Of a stretch of 64,000 nucleotides of DNA, positions 27,344 through 39,000 are shown one piece after another. The DNA comes from Protoeuglena noctilucae. Its lineage: Eukaryota. Numbering within the stretch: the stretch's first letter is position 1; each line of letters opens with the position of its first letter. The notes beneath the pieces were generated by a model. The model worked only from the letters and a program-made list of their open reading frames with translations, was not told the DNA's origin and ran no database searches. The translations under genes were made by a program, and so were the position numbers. The stretch lies in the NCBI GenBank assembly GCA_958009085.1, contig OY253670.1, positions 1,116,001-1,180,000 on the forward strand, given 5' to 3'.

Positions 27344-29811
27344 TCAGACTGTGCGACGCGGGGCAACCCAAGCCACCTCTCCCCTGGCTGTGCCGCACAC
27401 GAGCTGCCCCCACGCCGAGTGCTGCGACACCGCGCACACGGGCGCCTGCGTGACGACCTTCGCTGCGGGTGCCCTGCCCCTGGCACGCCTAGTGCCGTCC
27501 CTCCCAGAACTTGACCGTCCCGACGCCGCCTCACCGGACGCGGCGCCCCGGGCAGACAGGGCACCCTCGCTTGTCGTGCCAGGCTCCCCACGCCTGGCGG
27601 CAACAGGTTGGGGAGCAGGCACCGTGTCGACTGCGGTCGCCGACACCACGCCACGCGCCAAGTCGACAAGGAAGACGCCGCTGCCGTCCGCACATGGCAC
27701 GGCAACTGCATCGCCGCGGTGGCAGATGCGCCTCCTGCGGACGTTCATGACACCCGGGGGTGGACGTGGGGTGTCCTGCGGGTAGCAGGGCCGGCATGTG
27801 GCACTGGGTCGGATGAGGGACACAAGGAGATCATATCACGCAACAGACCGGCTCTGGAAAGGCTCTGGAAAGAGAGAATGCGATGGCCAATCGCACCTGG
27901 TGAGTCCCGTGGTCTGCCGGCCAGTCCTGGGTATGCCCCGTGAGGAACGCGGGGCACGGAGGGCCGTTGAGGTTTGTGACTGTTTCCGTCTCGACCATGA
28001 GAGCCCCGGTCCACCCGCAGCCGAGGTGGAAAAGGGCGCGTAAGTTGCTGGATGAGCCCTGCGGGACATCGCATGTAAGAGGCACTGAAGCAAATCGATA
28101 CAGTTTGCCACAGTCAACAGGGCTGGACACCCCACTGCGCGCGGGAAGGTGCGGGGCAGTGGCGCCACCCCGTGTCCTCGCCTCGAGAACGACGTCGTGG
28201 ATGGACGGGAGCGGAATCCTGGTTTGCGCCAGGAGGCCACGCACGCGCGTCAGGGCAGCTGGGATGGCCACGGATTGCAACAGCCCGTACACCCTCTGGT
28301 TCGCCCCGCTGAAGCCCCCCACGCTCGCCTTCCTGCAACAAAGGGCGACGCAAAATCGTTGCAGTGTTACCTATGTGACCCGCCTTGCAAAAGGCAAGCC
28401 GTGTTCTGGCAAGAGGCGCATCAGCTTTGACAAAAGCACGTGCCTGATGTCCCAGATATGCACGCGGCCGGCACCGCCCCCGGCAGCCACGAGCGTGCCG
28501 TCTGCAGATACAGTCACGGCGGATAGAGAAGGGTCGCACTCGCCCCTTGCGGATGCCGTGAGCTCTGCCTGGTGGCCCTTGCCCGCCCTCCGGTCCCAGC
28601 ACGCCACGGAGCAGCACGTCGTGGCCGCGCACAGCACGTTCCCTCCCGAGCCGCCCTCGGGGAAGAACGACAGGGCCGTGAGGCCTTCCCTCCTGTGAAC
28701 TCAGAAGCAGTAATACCGCGTTCCTCGGCAGCGCCTGCGCCTGGGGCCTGAGCGTCGGTAGGCCCTGCCTATCGGCCCCACGTATGTCCGCCTACCTGTG
28801 TACCCCGGCGCCCCGGCGCTCGACGGTGACGGCGCTCGACTCGGTCGTTTCGCAGTACTCGAGATCGAAGAGCGAGACCTTGGCCGCGCTCAGCAGGGCC
28901 ACGGCGACGGTGTTGCGGTGCACGGGGTCCCAGGTCAGCGCGGACGCCTGACCCCCGACGCCCAGAGCCACAACGGGATCCATTTCCGCGCGGCCAACGG
29001 GGGTTCCGGGCACCGGAGGCGCGCGCGCAGCGTGTGCGAGGGCGACGGCGTCGTGCACGGTGAGGGCGCCGCCGGCCGTCACGGAGGCCACGAGGTCGCA
29101 GGTGGCATCGAAGGCCACGTCGACGACGGCAAGGTCCGGGCAGTTAGACCAGCCGGTCCAGTTGCCGACCACCGATGCGCTGAAGCTGTGCGCATCAGGA
29201 CTGGCGCACACGTGCAGGCGCTCTGCCAAGGCTGGGAAGTGCCTCTCCCACAGGTCGCCGCGCCGCATCTTGGCGGCCTCGTGCCGCGGGAGCACGAGCG
29301 CATCCCTCCATTTCTGCGTGCGGGAGGGGCGCGAAGCGCATCGGGGCTCGGCGACGCGCGCACAGGCCACGACAGCTGAGTTTTGCATTCGTATGCCGCA
29401 AGCACTCACGGCCCTCTGCATCCGCCGCGGCGCGTCCACCGAGCAGGATGGCTCGCCAGAAGACCGATACCCCAGGCGCAGGTTGGCTTGACGGATCACG
29501 TCGCGCGCCTCAGGCTCGCGATGCTCCACGCGGACGAGGAACTGTTCCAGCGAGACCTGCGACCAAGCGGCTTCGCTGCATGTCTGCCGCTTGCGTTCGA
29601 GTGACGCAGCCTGCCAACGACCTGGGCCGTCGCGGCGGCCACGCGGCTGTCGGCGACACAAGCCAGCCGCTTAAATTCGCGCTCTGCCCGGTCAGGCAGT
29701 CACCTGCCTGCCCGCCCCCGTTTTAAGACGCTTTCGTCCCTCATCACCAGCCTCCAGCCATTGGTTTTCCCTGAGAGGCGCGCGCTCGTCTATTACGCCT
29801 CCCTCCATCAT
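27344..29811 (-). CDS. WD40 repeat protein (multi-exon)
   Basis: Beta-propeller blades 'VVDVAFDATCDLVASVTAGGALTVHD', 'ASALTWDPVHRNTVAVA..VSLFDL' and 'LSAVTVSADGTLVAAGGGAGRVHIWDIR'. First exon inferred as MMEGG...GRQ, followed by a GT donor. Confidence 0.75.
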
Positions 29812-30011
29812 GGCAAGTGTGTGCAGCGCCTCTCTGGTCTACTCTAGCTGCATGGGCGCTGCACACAGGATAGCCCCTTCACGGGACGGGCTCAGAGATG
29901 GAGCCAACAAGAGGGACTGTCAGGGCCGCCGCCAGAAGCCCAGGTCTTTCAACGCAATGGGAGTCAGGAGAAGTTACGCAAACCCAGAGCATCGAATCCA
30001 CATTGTAGCTT

Positions 30012-30897
30012 TCATTTCTCCTTCAGCGCCGCGTAGAACTGCGCCAACTCCTCGCAGATCCTCGCCCTGCAGTTCATGAGGGTGGGTGGAGGAGCTTGCT
30101 TGTCATGTCATTTGACCTGAGAGGCGCATGGATGGTGATGGGCCGACTGCCAACAGCGCTGCATGGGCGCCCACCTGAGGAGCAGGGCGCGCTCCTTGAA
30201 CTCCCGCACCGCCCCATCGACGTCCGCATGCAGGTCCTCCGGGCAGTCGATGTCCTCCGGGCCGACGGAGGGAATCGTCAGGGAGCCCTTCGCCACGGGG
30301 TCGCCGGACGTCTCCACGGCCAACTTGATTTCCAGGTCGAACCCATGACGCCTCTTCCCACGCACAAAGTGCACCGCGGCCTCGCCACTCACGCTCGTCA
30401 CGCCGGTCACGCGCACGAGCGTCCCGTCCGAGGCAGCCGCCTCCAGCCCCTTCAAACGCCCCTTCACGTCCTCCTGCAGGGGTCGAAAAGGCGCCGACTC
30501 AGAGGCCGTGCATGTCCTACTGACTCTCCACGTCGCTCGGCGCAATGCTTGGCTGGCTGCTCCACGGCTCCCCTTGCCTGTGCCCAGTTGCTCAAGTCCC
30601 GCGTCTCGAACGTCCCCGCTTGGTTCCACGCCGATGCGCTCACGCAGCCCTCCTCGGCGGAGGAACGCTCCTCGGGCGCGACATCGAGCCGGACCGGCAC
30701 CGCAGAGTAATTCGTCACGCCCCCCGACCACGCCGAGTAGGACAGGTCACCCTGCATCGAGCGCGCACAGGCAGGTTGACGCTGCAGCCCTTCGCCTGAG
30801 CGCAAAGCCGTCGCGGTCTGGATTTAGCGGCCTCGCGGGCCACCTTCGCCGTCGCTTGCTCTTGCAGGCGATTTAGTGGGACTGGCGCCCCCGACAT
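30012..30897 (-). CDS. Activator of Hsp90 ATPase (Aha1) N-terminal domain protein
   Basis: 'SAWNQAGTFETRDLSNWA' and 'VTSVSGEAAVHFVRGKRRHGFDLEIKL'. Last exon 'ARICEELAQFYAALKEK*'. Confidence 0.8.
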
Positions 30898-31227
30898 TTG
30901 ATGAGTGTTCGTGCTGGCTACTAGCGCAGCGGCTGGCAGAGGCTGGGCTCTGCGGACGGCCTGCTGCTTCTGGAAGCCGCAATCCCCGACGCGAGATCAC
31001 AGCTGTCCGACCCGCTCCACGCCAGCCCTGCGCACACAGATCGGTAACAGCTGCCTCTCGCGAGCGGGGGTCGAATCGCCGGTCGATGAGTGCGTGAGTG
31101 CGTGTTTACTGACATGGGCCCCTCGCGTCAGGCCAGCTCTGACTTCGAAAGGTTCAAGAGCTCAGACGCAACGCCACGCTAGGGCTCATTGCCGTCAGCC
31201 CACATAGATCCTCTACTTGCGCCCAGC

Positions 31228-31666
31228 ATGGCCACTGCGAAAGTGAGCTTCAAAATCACCCTCTCCAGCGACCCCAAGCTCCCATTCCGCGTGCTGAGCG
31301 TGCCCGAGGACGCCCCTTTCTCCGCTGTGATGCGGGTGAGAGCAGCGTGGGCGCCCCGGGCATCAGAGATGTGGGCAGTCCTTCCCATCCGTCCTCGGCA
31401 TTCTTCGACCCGCAGTATGCCTTCTCTGACCCGCAGTATGCCGCAGAGGAGTTCAAGGTGTCCGGGGAGACTAGCGCAATCATCAACGGGGACGGGGTCG
31501 GCATCAACCCTTCCCAAACAGCGGGCGCCGTGTTTCTCAAGGTGCAGCTGGGCCTTGGGGCTCCTAGCCCTGGCTTCGCGTGCCCAGTGCTCACCCAATG
31601 ACGCCCCCATTCCCGCAGCATGGTCCGGAGCTCCGATTGATTCCCCGCGACCGGGTCGGGGCCTAG
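31228..31666 (+). CDS. UFM1: Ubiquitin-fold modifier 1
   Basis: Three exons give [86 protein letters not shown], close to canonical UFM1. Confidence 0.97.
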
Positions 31667-31732
31667 TGCGCACGCCAGCCATTGCTGCCAGCCAACCTTC
31701 AAAGAAGTCGCGACACGAGCTGCACGCATCGG

Positions 31733-33306
31733 CTAATCCTCGTCGTCGCTGTCGTCGTCTACCATCGCCTCTTCGTCCTCCGCGCCCCCCGACCCCTCCC
31801 CACCCTCCCCGTCCTCCCCCAGCTTGCCCCTCGCGTCCTCAATCGCGTCTCGCAAATCTGCATACTGCTGCCAGATGTCCTCCTCCCGCGGCACCCCCAT
31901 CCTCTCAAGGAGCGCCTCGCCCCGCGACGCCGCCTCCGTGGCCTCGCGCAGGCTCCCTCCCGAGTAGTACGCCAGCCCCAGCATGTGCCACACGTTGGGG
32001 TCCATGTCGTCCTCGGCCACCAACGTCTCCAGGACCTCGATCGCGTCCTCCGTCGACGGGTCCAGCTCCAACAGCAGCTTGGCGCACTCGAAGCGGAACT
32101 CGTAGCTGGGGGGCTCATACCCCGGATCGAAGTTCCACCCCTCCTCCTCCTCCTCCGGCGCGCTGCAAGTTGGGCAGAGCAACCCAGCGACTCTGTGACT
32201 GTGTCCTGCCACAACGACCGTCGCTAGGTCTTGGCTTGTCATTCACGATCGCAAGTCGCGAGACCGGGGCACGCGGGGCCTCACCTGTGCATCCACTTGG
32301 CCATCGACTCCCTCAACGCCCCCAGGGCCTCCTCTGGCAGGCCCAGCTCGTACAGCAGAGACGCCTGCACCTGCTTGGGCTCGGGGCTGCTGGGACAGCA
32401 ACGCTCGGCGCGTGCCAGCGCCTCGGTCGCCTCCTCCTGCGCGCGCGTGAGAGCGACTCAATTGGCGCGCGCAAAGGGCCATCCTTGTTGCCGCGAACGA
32501 GCCCCCCGGCACGTCATCTCGTCTGCCTCGTGACCTCGGCCGTCCCTGCCTCACCCGGACCGCAGCAAGGTCCCCGACGGAGCCGCTGATCATGTGCTCG
32601 ACGAGCGCGCACAGTGCTGCACACGTGTCCTCTGAAAGTTGCTCACGCTCCTCCGGGTCTGACGTGCTCGCCAGCCGGCTCTCGAGCACGCGAATCCCCG
32701 CCTGCGGGTGCGTGCACGCCATCGCCTTACGCGGTGCGGGGCTGCCGGCCCTTCGGCACAGCTCGGTAGGAAAACGTGCCTTGATGAAGTTGAGGCCCTC
32801 CTCGTCGGGCAGCAGCTGGCCCAGGTACATAAACTTCTCGTGGCCCGAGTCCGGCGCGATCTCGGCGGCCCGTCTCAGGACGGCGAGCGCCGCGTCGCCC
32901 TGCCCCATCTCTGCGAGGAGTGCGCCTAAGGCGTCCAGGACCTCCACGTCGCTCGGGGCCAGCTCGGCAGCGCGGCGCATCAGCCCCAGTGCTTCGTTCG
33001 GGTCCCCATTGTCCAGATGCAGCTGGGCCTGCGCCAACAGCTCCTGCGGCGAGAGCTGCGAGGCGCGGCACGGGAACTCAGTCGCGCCCGCGGCAAGCAA
33101 GCTTCATAGCCCGCACGGAAAGCCCCGGAAGAAGCATCACGAGGTCTCGGAACAGGATAGCAGCCCTCCGGGCATCCCGCCCAAGACATCGCGGCGCAGG
33201 CGCCGTGCCGGCCGCGCCTGCGGCAAACCTCGACCTGCTTCTTCTTGGCGCTTTTTCCCGCCCGCCCCTTTTGGCGAGCAGCAATTTGCTTTGGAGTGAG
33301 TCCCAT
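31733..33306 (-). CDS. ACL4: TPR protein, assembly chaperone of Rpl4 (Acl4)-like
   Basis: Basic N-terminus, TPR repeats, 'APDSGHEKFMYLGQL', 'PSYEFRFECAKLLLEL', 'VWHMLGLAYY' and an acidic tail. Confidence 0.8.
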
Positions 33307-33462
33307 GGGGCCCTCCGCAGACCGCGCTGGCGCGGGTGTGCAAGTTGAGGCAGGCGAGGACGTTTCAGGGGTGAAATATCACTCGCACAATGCCCGAGCC
33401 GCGGACGTCTGAATTAACACGGTGTTCCTGTACACCCACGACGCCGCGGCCAGCCCCCTGAC

Positions 33463-33982
33463 GATGCCAGACCCGTGGCTCCCTGTCAGGAAGAGCGGCA
33501 GAGCAAAGCACGAGCAAATGGATCCGCCCCCCGCATATCCACCGCCCGTGTTCCTCAGTCACGCTACAGGACATGCCTCTGCAGGTGCCCTCTCCTCGAA
33601 CCGTGGCGCAAAGCTTGAGCTGGGCTTTGCAAGCCAATTCTGCAACTCTACAGCTTCATTCATCCTCCATTCATCCCCGCAGGAGTGGGTGACAGGTGGA
33701 GTTTTCCTCTCGACTCTCGTTGGATCTTTCGCTTGGTCCTTTCACCGCAACTTCGAGCGTGGCGCGCGAGCACTGCGAGAGGAGGAGCCCCGCGCACTCC
33801 GGGCCGCGCAGCGGGTGGCTCCGAAGCTGCTCCTGTCCGGCAGTCTTGTCGTGGCAGCCGCGGGAGCCGTCGCGTGGGCCGTGTTGGTGAATAGCGCGCC
33901 CGCTCTGCGGGCCCTCACCAGCGAGGCGCGACGGGAGCATGGGGATCGACGAGACGACAGCCAAGGTGCTGGAGGAGCTTAA
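33463..33982 (+). CDS. Small two-TM membrane protein (hypothetical)
   Basis: Two hydrophobic helices (WVTGGVFLSTLVGSFAW; LLLSGSLVVAAAGAVAWAVLV) after a CAG acceptor at 33682; TAA at 33980-33982. The start is uncertain. Confidence 0.5.
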
Positions 33983-34397
33983 GGAGGTGGAGAAGATGAA
34001 GGACAGGATCGAGACGTTGAAAGCGCAGGTTGGGGAGCTCGAGAAGCGCATAGCGGACGCGCGAGAGGCAGCAAAAGCTCTCTCAACGAAGGGTGCGGAC
34101 GCACACCCCGCACACACGGCCAGGGTCTGGTACTGGGGCGCTCCTCAGCTGCCGCTGCTGCTCCCCACGCAAGCGGCACGGGACGCACTGGCGCGGGGTG
34201 AGTGGCAGCTTCGAGGGGCGGCGCAGCAACGACCGACACCCGGCATGACCCCTAGTTCCCTGCCGGCTGCAGACATGGAGGTCGCCCAGTCGAGTCTCGC
34301 GGCCGCCCAGGCGGAGATGCGGGGCTTGCAGGCCGCCATACAGGCGCACGGCGCGGGCGTCGACGTCGGGGAAGCGTATGTGGCGACTCGGGTGTAG
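33939..34397 (+). CDS. Small coiled-coil protein (hypothetical)
   Basis: ATG in gcATGg context, heptad-rich 'VLEELKEVEKMKDRIETLKAQVGELEKRIADAREAAKAL', and intron 34198-34272 (GTGAGT..TGCAG) joining to 'DMEVAQSSLAAAQAEMRGLQAAIQ'. Confidence 0.55.
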   Translation: MGIDETTAKVLEELKEVEKMKDRIETLKAQVGELEKRIADAREAAKALSTKGADAHPAHTARVWYWGAPQLPLLLPTQAARDALARGEWQLRGAAQQRPTPGMTPSSLPAADMEVAQSSLAAAQAEMRGLQAAIQAHGAGVDVGEAYVATRV

Positions 34398-34409
34398 CTC
34401 GCAGCCGCG

Positions 34410-35443
34410 TCAGGCGATGTCGATGGCCTGGTCGTCGCCGTTGCGCCGCACGAGGTTGATGCCGACGGCCGCGCAGACCCGCAGCCTTTCAATGCACTTG
34501 GACGGCTTCACGGTGGCCGACGTGACCTGCAGGGTGGGACCGCCGTGAGGAAGGGTGCCTTGCCCACAGGCGGTCCACTGCCCTGCACCGGGCTTTCCCG
34601 CCGCCCTCACCTGGTGCGCGCAACCTGCAACAGGGCTCCGAATGGCGCCACGCCCCCGCCGCAGCTCATCTCGCAGCGCCTGCCCCTCGTACACGTACCC
34701 CTTTGCGTCCTCCACGGGCTCACTGCAGCGACGGATGGGCGAGCGAGCGTGGCTTGGGTCGATGGGAAGCAAAGCGCTGCGCTGCGCACCTGCCAAGGCC
34801 CTCCCCGCGCCTCACTCGAGCTCCATCACCGCCTTTTGCGTCAAGGGGCACGTCCAGTTCATTGGCAGGAAAGGATTCCGTTTGACCTCCACGTCGTCGT
34901 CCTCCAGCTCAGCCGAGCGGGTGGCCGGCAGCTCCCCGTCGGGGTGACGGACGACGTGAAGAAAGTCGCGCAGCTCTTGGACCTCCCGAGCGCCGGCTTC
35001 GGATTCCCTAACCTCCGCGTGCGCCATGCGCTGGCGCAGATCCTCTCCCAGCTCCTCCCACGGCTGTTCCAGCGCGACGTCGCCCACCGTGCAAAACACT
35101 GCGCTGTGGGACGCGGCCTTGGCCCTGGCGGCGTGAAGCGACGCGACCTGCTCCATAAGCTGATCGGCGAACTCGCCCGCCCCGTACTGCGAGGCAGGGG
35201 CTTGGCTGGATCCAGCACTGTCCATCCAGCACAGTCCCAGCGGTGCAGACCGGCAAAGCTGCACTGCGCCATCCGGCGCCCGGTCACCTTGACCGCTGCC
35301 ACGCAGACCTTCTCCATGAAGTCCGGTCGCAACTTGTCCTCCACGGTCTTCGCCAGGTCCTCTGCGGCTTCCTGCAAGCGAGGGGACCAGGGGTGCAAGC
35401 TGCACAGTGCCGTCCCAACCAGACGCGGGCCTCCAACACTCAT
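34410..35443 (-). CDS. NSE2: E3 SUMO ligase NSE2/MMS21-like (degenerate SP-RING)
   Basis: Helical N-terminal region, then 'EDDDVEV...NWTCPLTQK..LEEPV....YVYE..AL...IRSPVAGC.H', which follows the Nse2 acidic-linker plus SP-RING layout. Confidence 0.7.
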
Positions 35444-36066
35444 GGCGATGCAGCAGACACACGAGACACACCGAGCCGCGCTGCTGATGCAAAAGAAGGA
35501 TTCAAATTGCACTAGGGTGCGCGAAAGAACTTGCCTTGGCCTGCAGAGGCGTCCATCGGCTCAGTCCGCTCCTCTCCGACCCCAGTATATCTTGTGGATT
35601 CAACGCTGCGACATGGGACGGCCCAGCGCCCGCGCTATCGCCGCCGACGCGCCTTGATGCGCCTCGCATCTGCATCACGCTGTGCCCAGCACAGTGCTGC
35701 CCACTGCTGCGCGGAGATCGCACGTGCTCCAACAGTAGGGTGGTCACTGCGATATGATTTGACACGCAGGCGTTCCGGGACAGCCGAAGACCCTTGCCCC
35801 CTTGACCAGCCCTGACGCTCGTGTCATGCCAGGGCAAATAACGTGCTACCAATCCGAGGTCCTTGAAAGGCTTTTGACTCAGGCGACGGCCAAGGAGAAG
35901 GTGGGTAGCAGTGAGCGGTGGGACCCTGCTCAACGCCGCTGCGGTCCCTGATCAAGCAGAGCGTGAGTGCGTCGCTGTCCAAATGGCGGGGCAGGGGAGT
36001 CGCCTTTAAGCTGCCGCGCGCGGCGCTACTCGGGGACCCCTCGCGGTGCGTGCGCATCGTCAGGAC

Positions 36067-39000
36067 ATGCAGGCGAAACGAATGAAGCCCATCGGGCCGA
36101 GTTTCCACGCCTCGACGACGGAGCTGCTGGATTGGGTGGCCGCCGTCACGAAGAGAGAGGTGAGCCACGTCATCCGGCGCTCGTGACGCGCAGGAGCTGT
36201 AAGCCCCTTTGCTTCCTCCCGGTTGCGGACGACGTCGGCTTGCTCGCGGCCGCTTTTGGGCCCCCCGGCGGTTCTTCCATTCCTCCTGCAGCGTCCTTCA
36301 CTCCATTTAACATTCCGCCCATTAGTTGCCGTTGCGGCGTCCACTGGCCTCCGCTCTGGGTGCACGCATTCGCGTCGCTTTGGTTGAATGCAGCGAGCGC
36401 AGGAGGCCTTTCCAGCGATGCGCACAAGGCGTGTGGGCTTCGTTGCAAATCACCGATCCTGTCCCTTGCTGCAGATCCTGGGCATCGATGACATCCGCGA
36501 CGGGACGGCCCTCTTGCAAGTGATGCACGCATTCAATCCCGTCGCCGTGCGTGGGACGGCCATTTACGAGAATCCGACCATGGACTGGGAGATGGAGAGG
36601 AACTATCAGGCACGTTCGCGTTCCGCCCACTGCGTAGGCTCGCCGGTGTGGCCGGCGCAGGCAACTGCATCTCCGCACGCTCCCCGCCGCAGGTGCTGCA
36701 GCGCGGATTCGAGCGGACGCCGGAGACGGCGGCCATCCGGGTGAATGTACCCGCGGCCATCGCGGACAGCCCGTCCCATCGCCTCACGATCCTGCAAATG
36801 CTGTACGCGACCCTCGGCCCCCCCGGCGGGTTCACCTCCGACTTCCGCCGGCGCTCGCGGTCCCCCGCGCCTGACATCACTGCGAGCTGGAAGCCCCCCC
36901 GGAGGTCCCACGCGCGTCCAACGGCAGCCAGCCGGGCGGTGAGCCACCACACACGCATGCAGCACATCCCGCTGGCACACCTGCCCGCGGCCACGCCTAT
37001 GTCCCGCCTCGCCTCGCCCCTGCAGTCTGCGGGATGGACGCCGGGACTGAGCCGCCCCCCGTCCGCACAGTCCTCCGCCAGCTCCCGCGCACGGCTACCC
37101 AGCAAGCCCGGAGCTGCAGGGCGGGCCAGCTACCCCAACCCGGCCACGCGCCGCGAGGCCCGCCACCCGGCTGTGCCTACCCGCGCGCCGTGGAATTCCT
37201 CCACGGCCGTCCGCCCCGCCTCTGCCTGGGGCCCGGGCGCTGCGCCGATGCGGCACAGCGTTGACGTGGGCCCGTCCACCGCATCAGACAGCCTGGCGTT
37301 CGCCCGGGGCAAGCAGGGCGCGCGCGTGGGGGCGTCCGTTGGGGCCGTCCCGTTGGACTCGCTCTTCGGGCAGGACGTGCGCAACAGCAGGGGCCCTGTG
37401 AGGTTCCGACGGCCCCGCCCCCCGTCCGGCAGTGGCGCAGCAGACGCGGCCAAAGGTCATCTGGAAGACGGCTGGCGGCCGACAATGACGGCGTCGCGGG
37501 GAACGACGTCGAAAGAAGCCGCGTCTCGGTCGCCGAAGCGGGCGGCGGCGGTTGATGCGACAGACGTGGCGCGGGGCGGCGGTGGCAAGGGCGCGGCGCA
37601 GCCGGTGAGACAAGAGAAGGACAAGCGTTCACACGCCCTGCCTTCTCATGCGTGCAGTCGAGTTCCATAGCCGCTGCGCTGTTGGGTGGGGGTTTCCCTT
37701 GACGCGAGTGCACATCATGGCAAGGGCCCTCGCAGGACAAAAAGGCGGGCCATGGGCGCACGCGGTCCCGGCCTCTGACGTTTAAACAGCTGGAGAGCCT
37801 CCATAAGACGCCGCGGAGGGAGTTTGGGGCCGACGGCGGTTCCCGTGCGGCCCAGGGCAGGCGGGGCACTGGCGCTGCTCCCGGGGACCCTCGGCGTGAG
37901 GCCCGGGACGCGGCTTTCGAGGCCGCGGGCGCGGCGGTCGAGCTGCTCTACCGGTGCGGAGCGTTTGCCTCGGTTACACCTGGTGTCTGCTGACTGGCTC
38001 GTCCATTGATCGCATCCGCTCCCGCCTTTGGCCTTTGGTCAGCTCTGGGCCATGCTGCGTCTCTGGCCGCATGACCTCTTGCGCCTAGCTTGCCACCTGC
38101 CCTGCCCCTGACCACCTGGGCTCGACCGCGGCCCTCGCTCCCCTGTGCGCAGATGCGTGCCGACCATCACGGTATTGGATGAGGACGTGCAAGACGATGG
38201 GAGGGAGGAGTACCAGTCCCGCATGCGCATGGTCGCGGCGCTCCTCGTGGTGAGCCCCGCTGGCGAGGGCAGGGCGCTGGCAACAGCTCAAGAGATAGAC
38301 TAGCATGTCCGATACACGGGGTGTGGCATGCGTCACGCGGCCATGCATGGACTGGCACGTGCGGTTCAGCAGTGCGACTGGCGCGTGACGACGTGTCCGC
38401 TGTGCCGTCCGTCTGCAGTCGGCCGCACACCTTTTGGAGGACCTCCTGTCGGCCCAAGGCGGCCCGCCCTTGACGCAAGAACAGGCGGCCCACCTGCGCC
38501 GGTGGCTGCGGGAGAGGCGGCAGATCGAGGCCGTGTTCCTCGACTACTGCAACGCCAAGGCCCTGGCGGAGGTGATTGCGAGGACTGCGCCGTGGGGCAG
38601 GGGAGGGGCGGGGGTGGCGAGTGCGAGTGGGGCTGCAGATGTGCAGGGCGCTGTGTCTCACGACAAAGCGGCGGAAGATGGGGATGCGGGGGAGCCTGCA
38701 CGGGGAGAGGGGGATCGGAGCAGTGCGGAGGGCGAGGCGGGGCGCGCGGTTGCCTCACGGACAGGATCGGCTGCGGGCGTGGACATGGGTGCGGGCGCTG
38801 GTACCGGGCAGAGGGAGGTGGGCGGTGAGGACAGCAGCGAGGGGACGACCGGAGAGGTGGAGGCGGGTCAGTCGGCGCCCAGTCGTCGGCTCCCGGACGC
38901 TTCCCTGGCGGAGCAAGTGCTGAGGGCCGAGTTGGCGCTGCGTGCGACACCGACGCAGCAGCCAGGGGCGGAAGAGAGGGGCGCGGGGGATGCAGAAAGG

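Noticed and set aside
31189..32589. 466-aa ORF beginning with UFM1 sequence (apparent UFM1 fusion)
   Set aside because: It is read-through of UFM1 intron 1 into the antisense strand of ACL4; spliced UFM1 ends at 31666.
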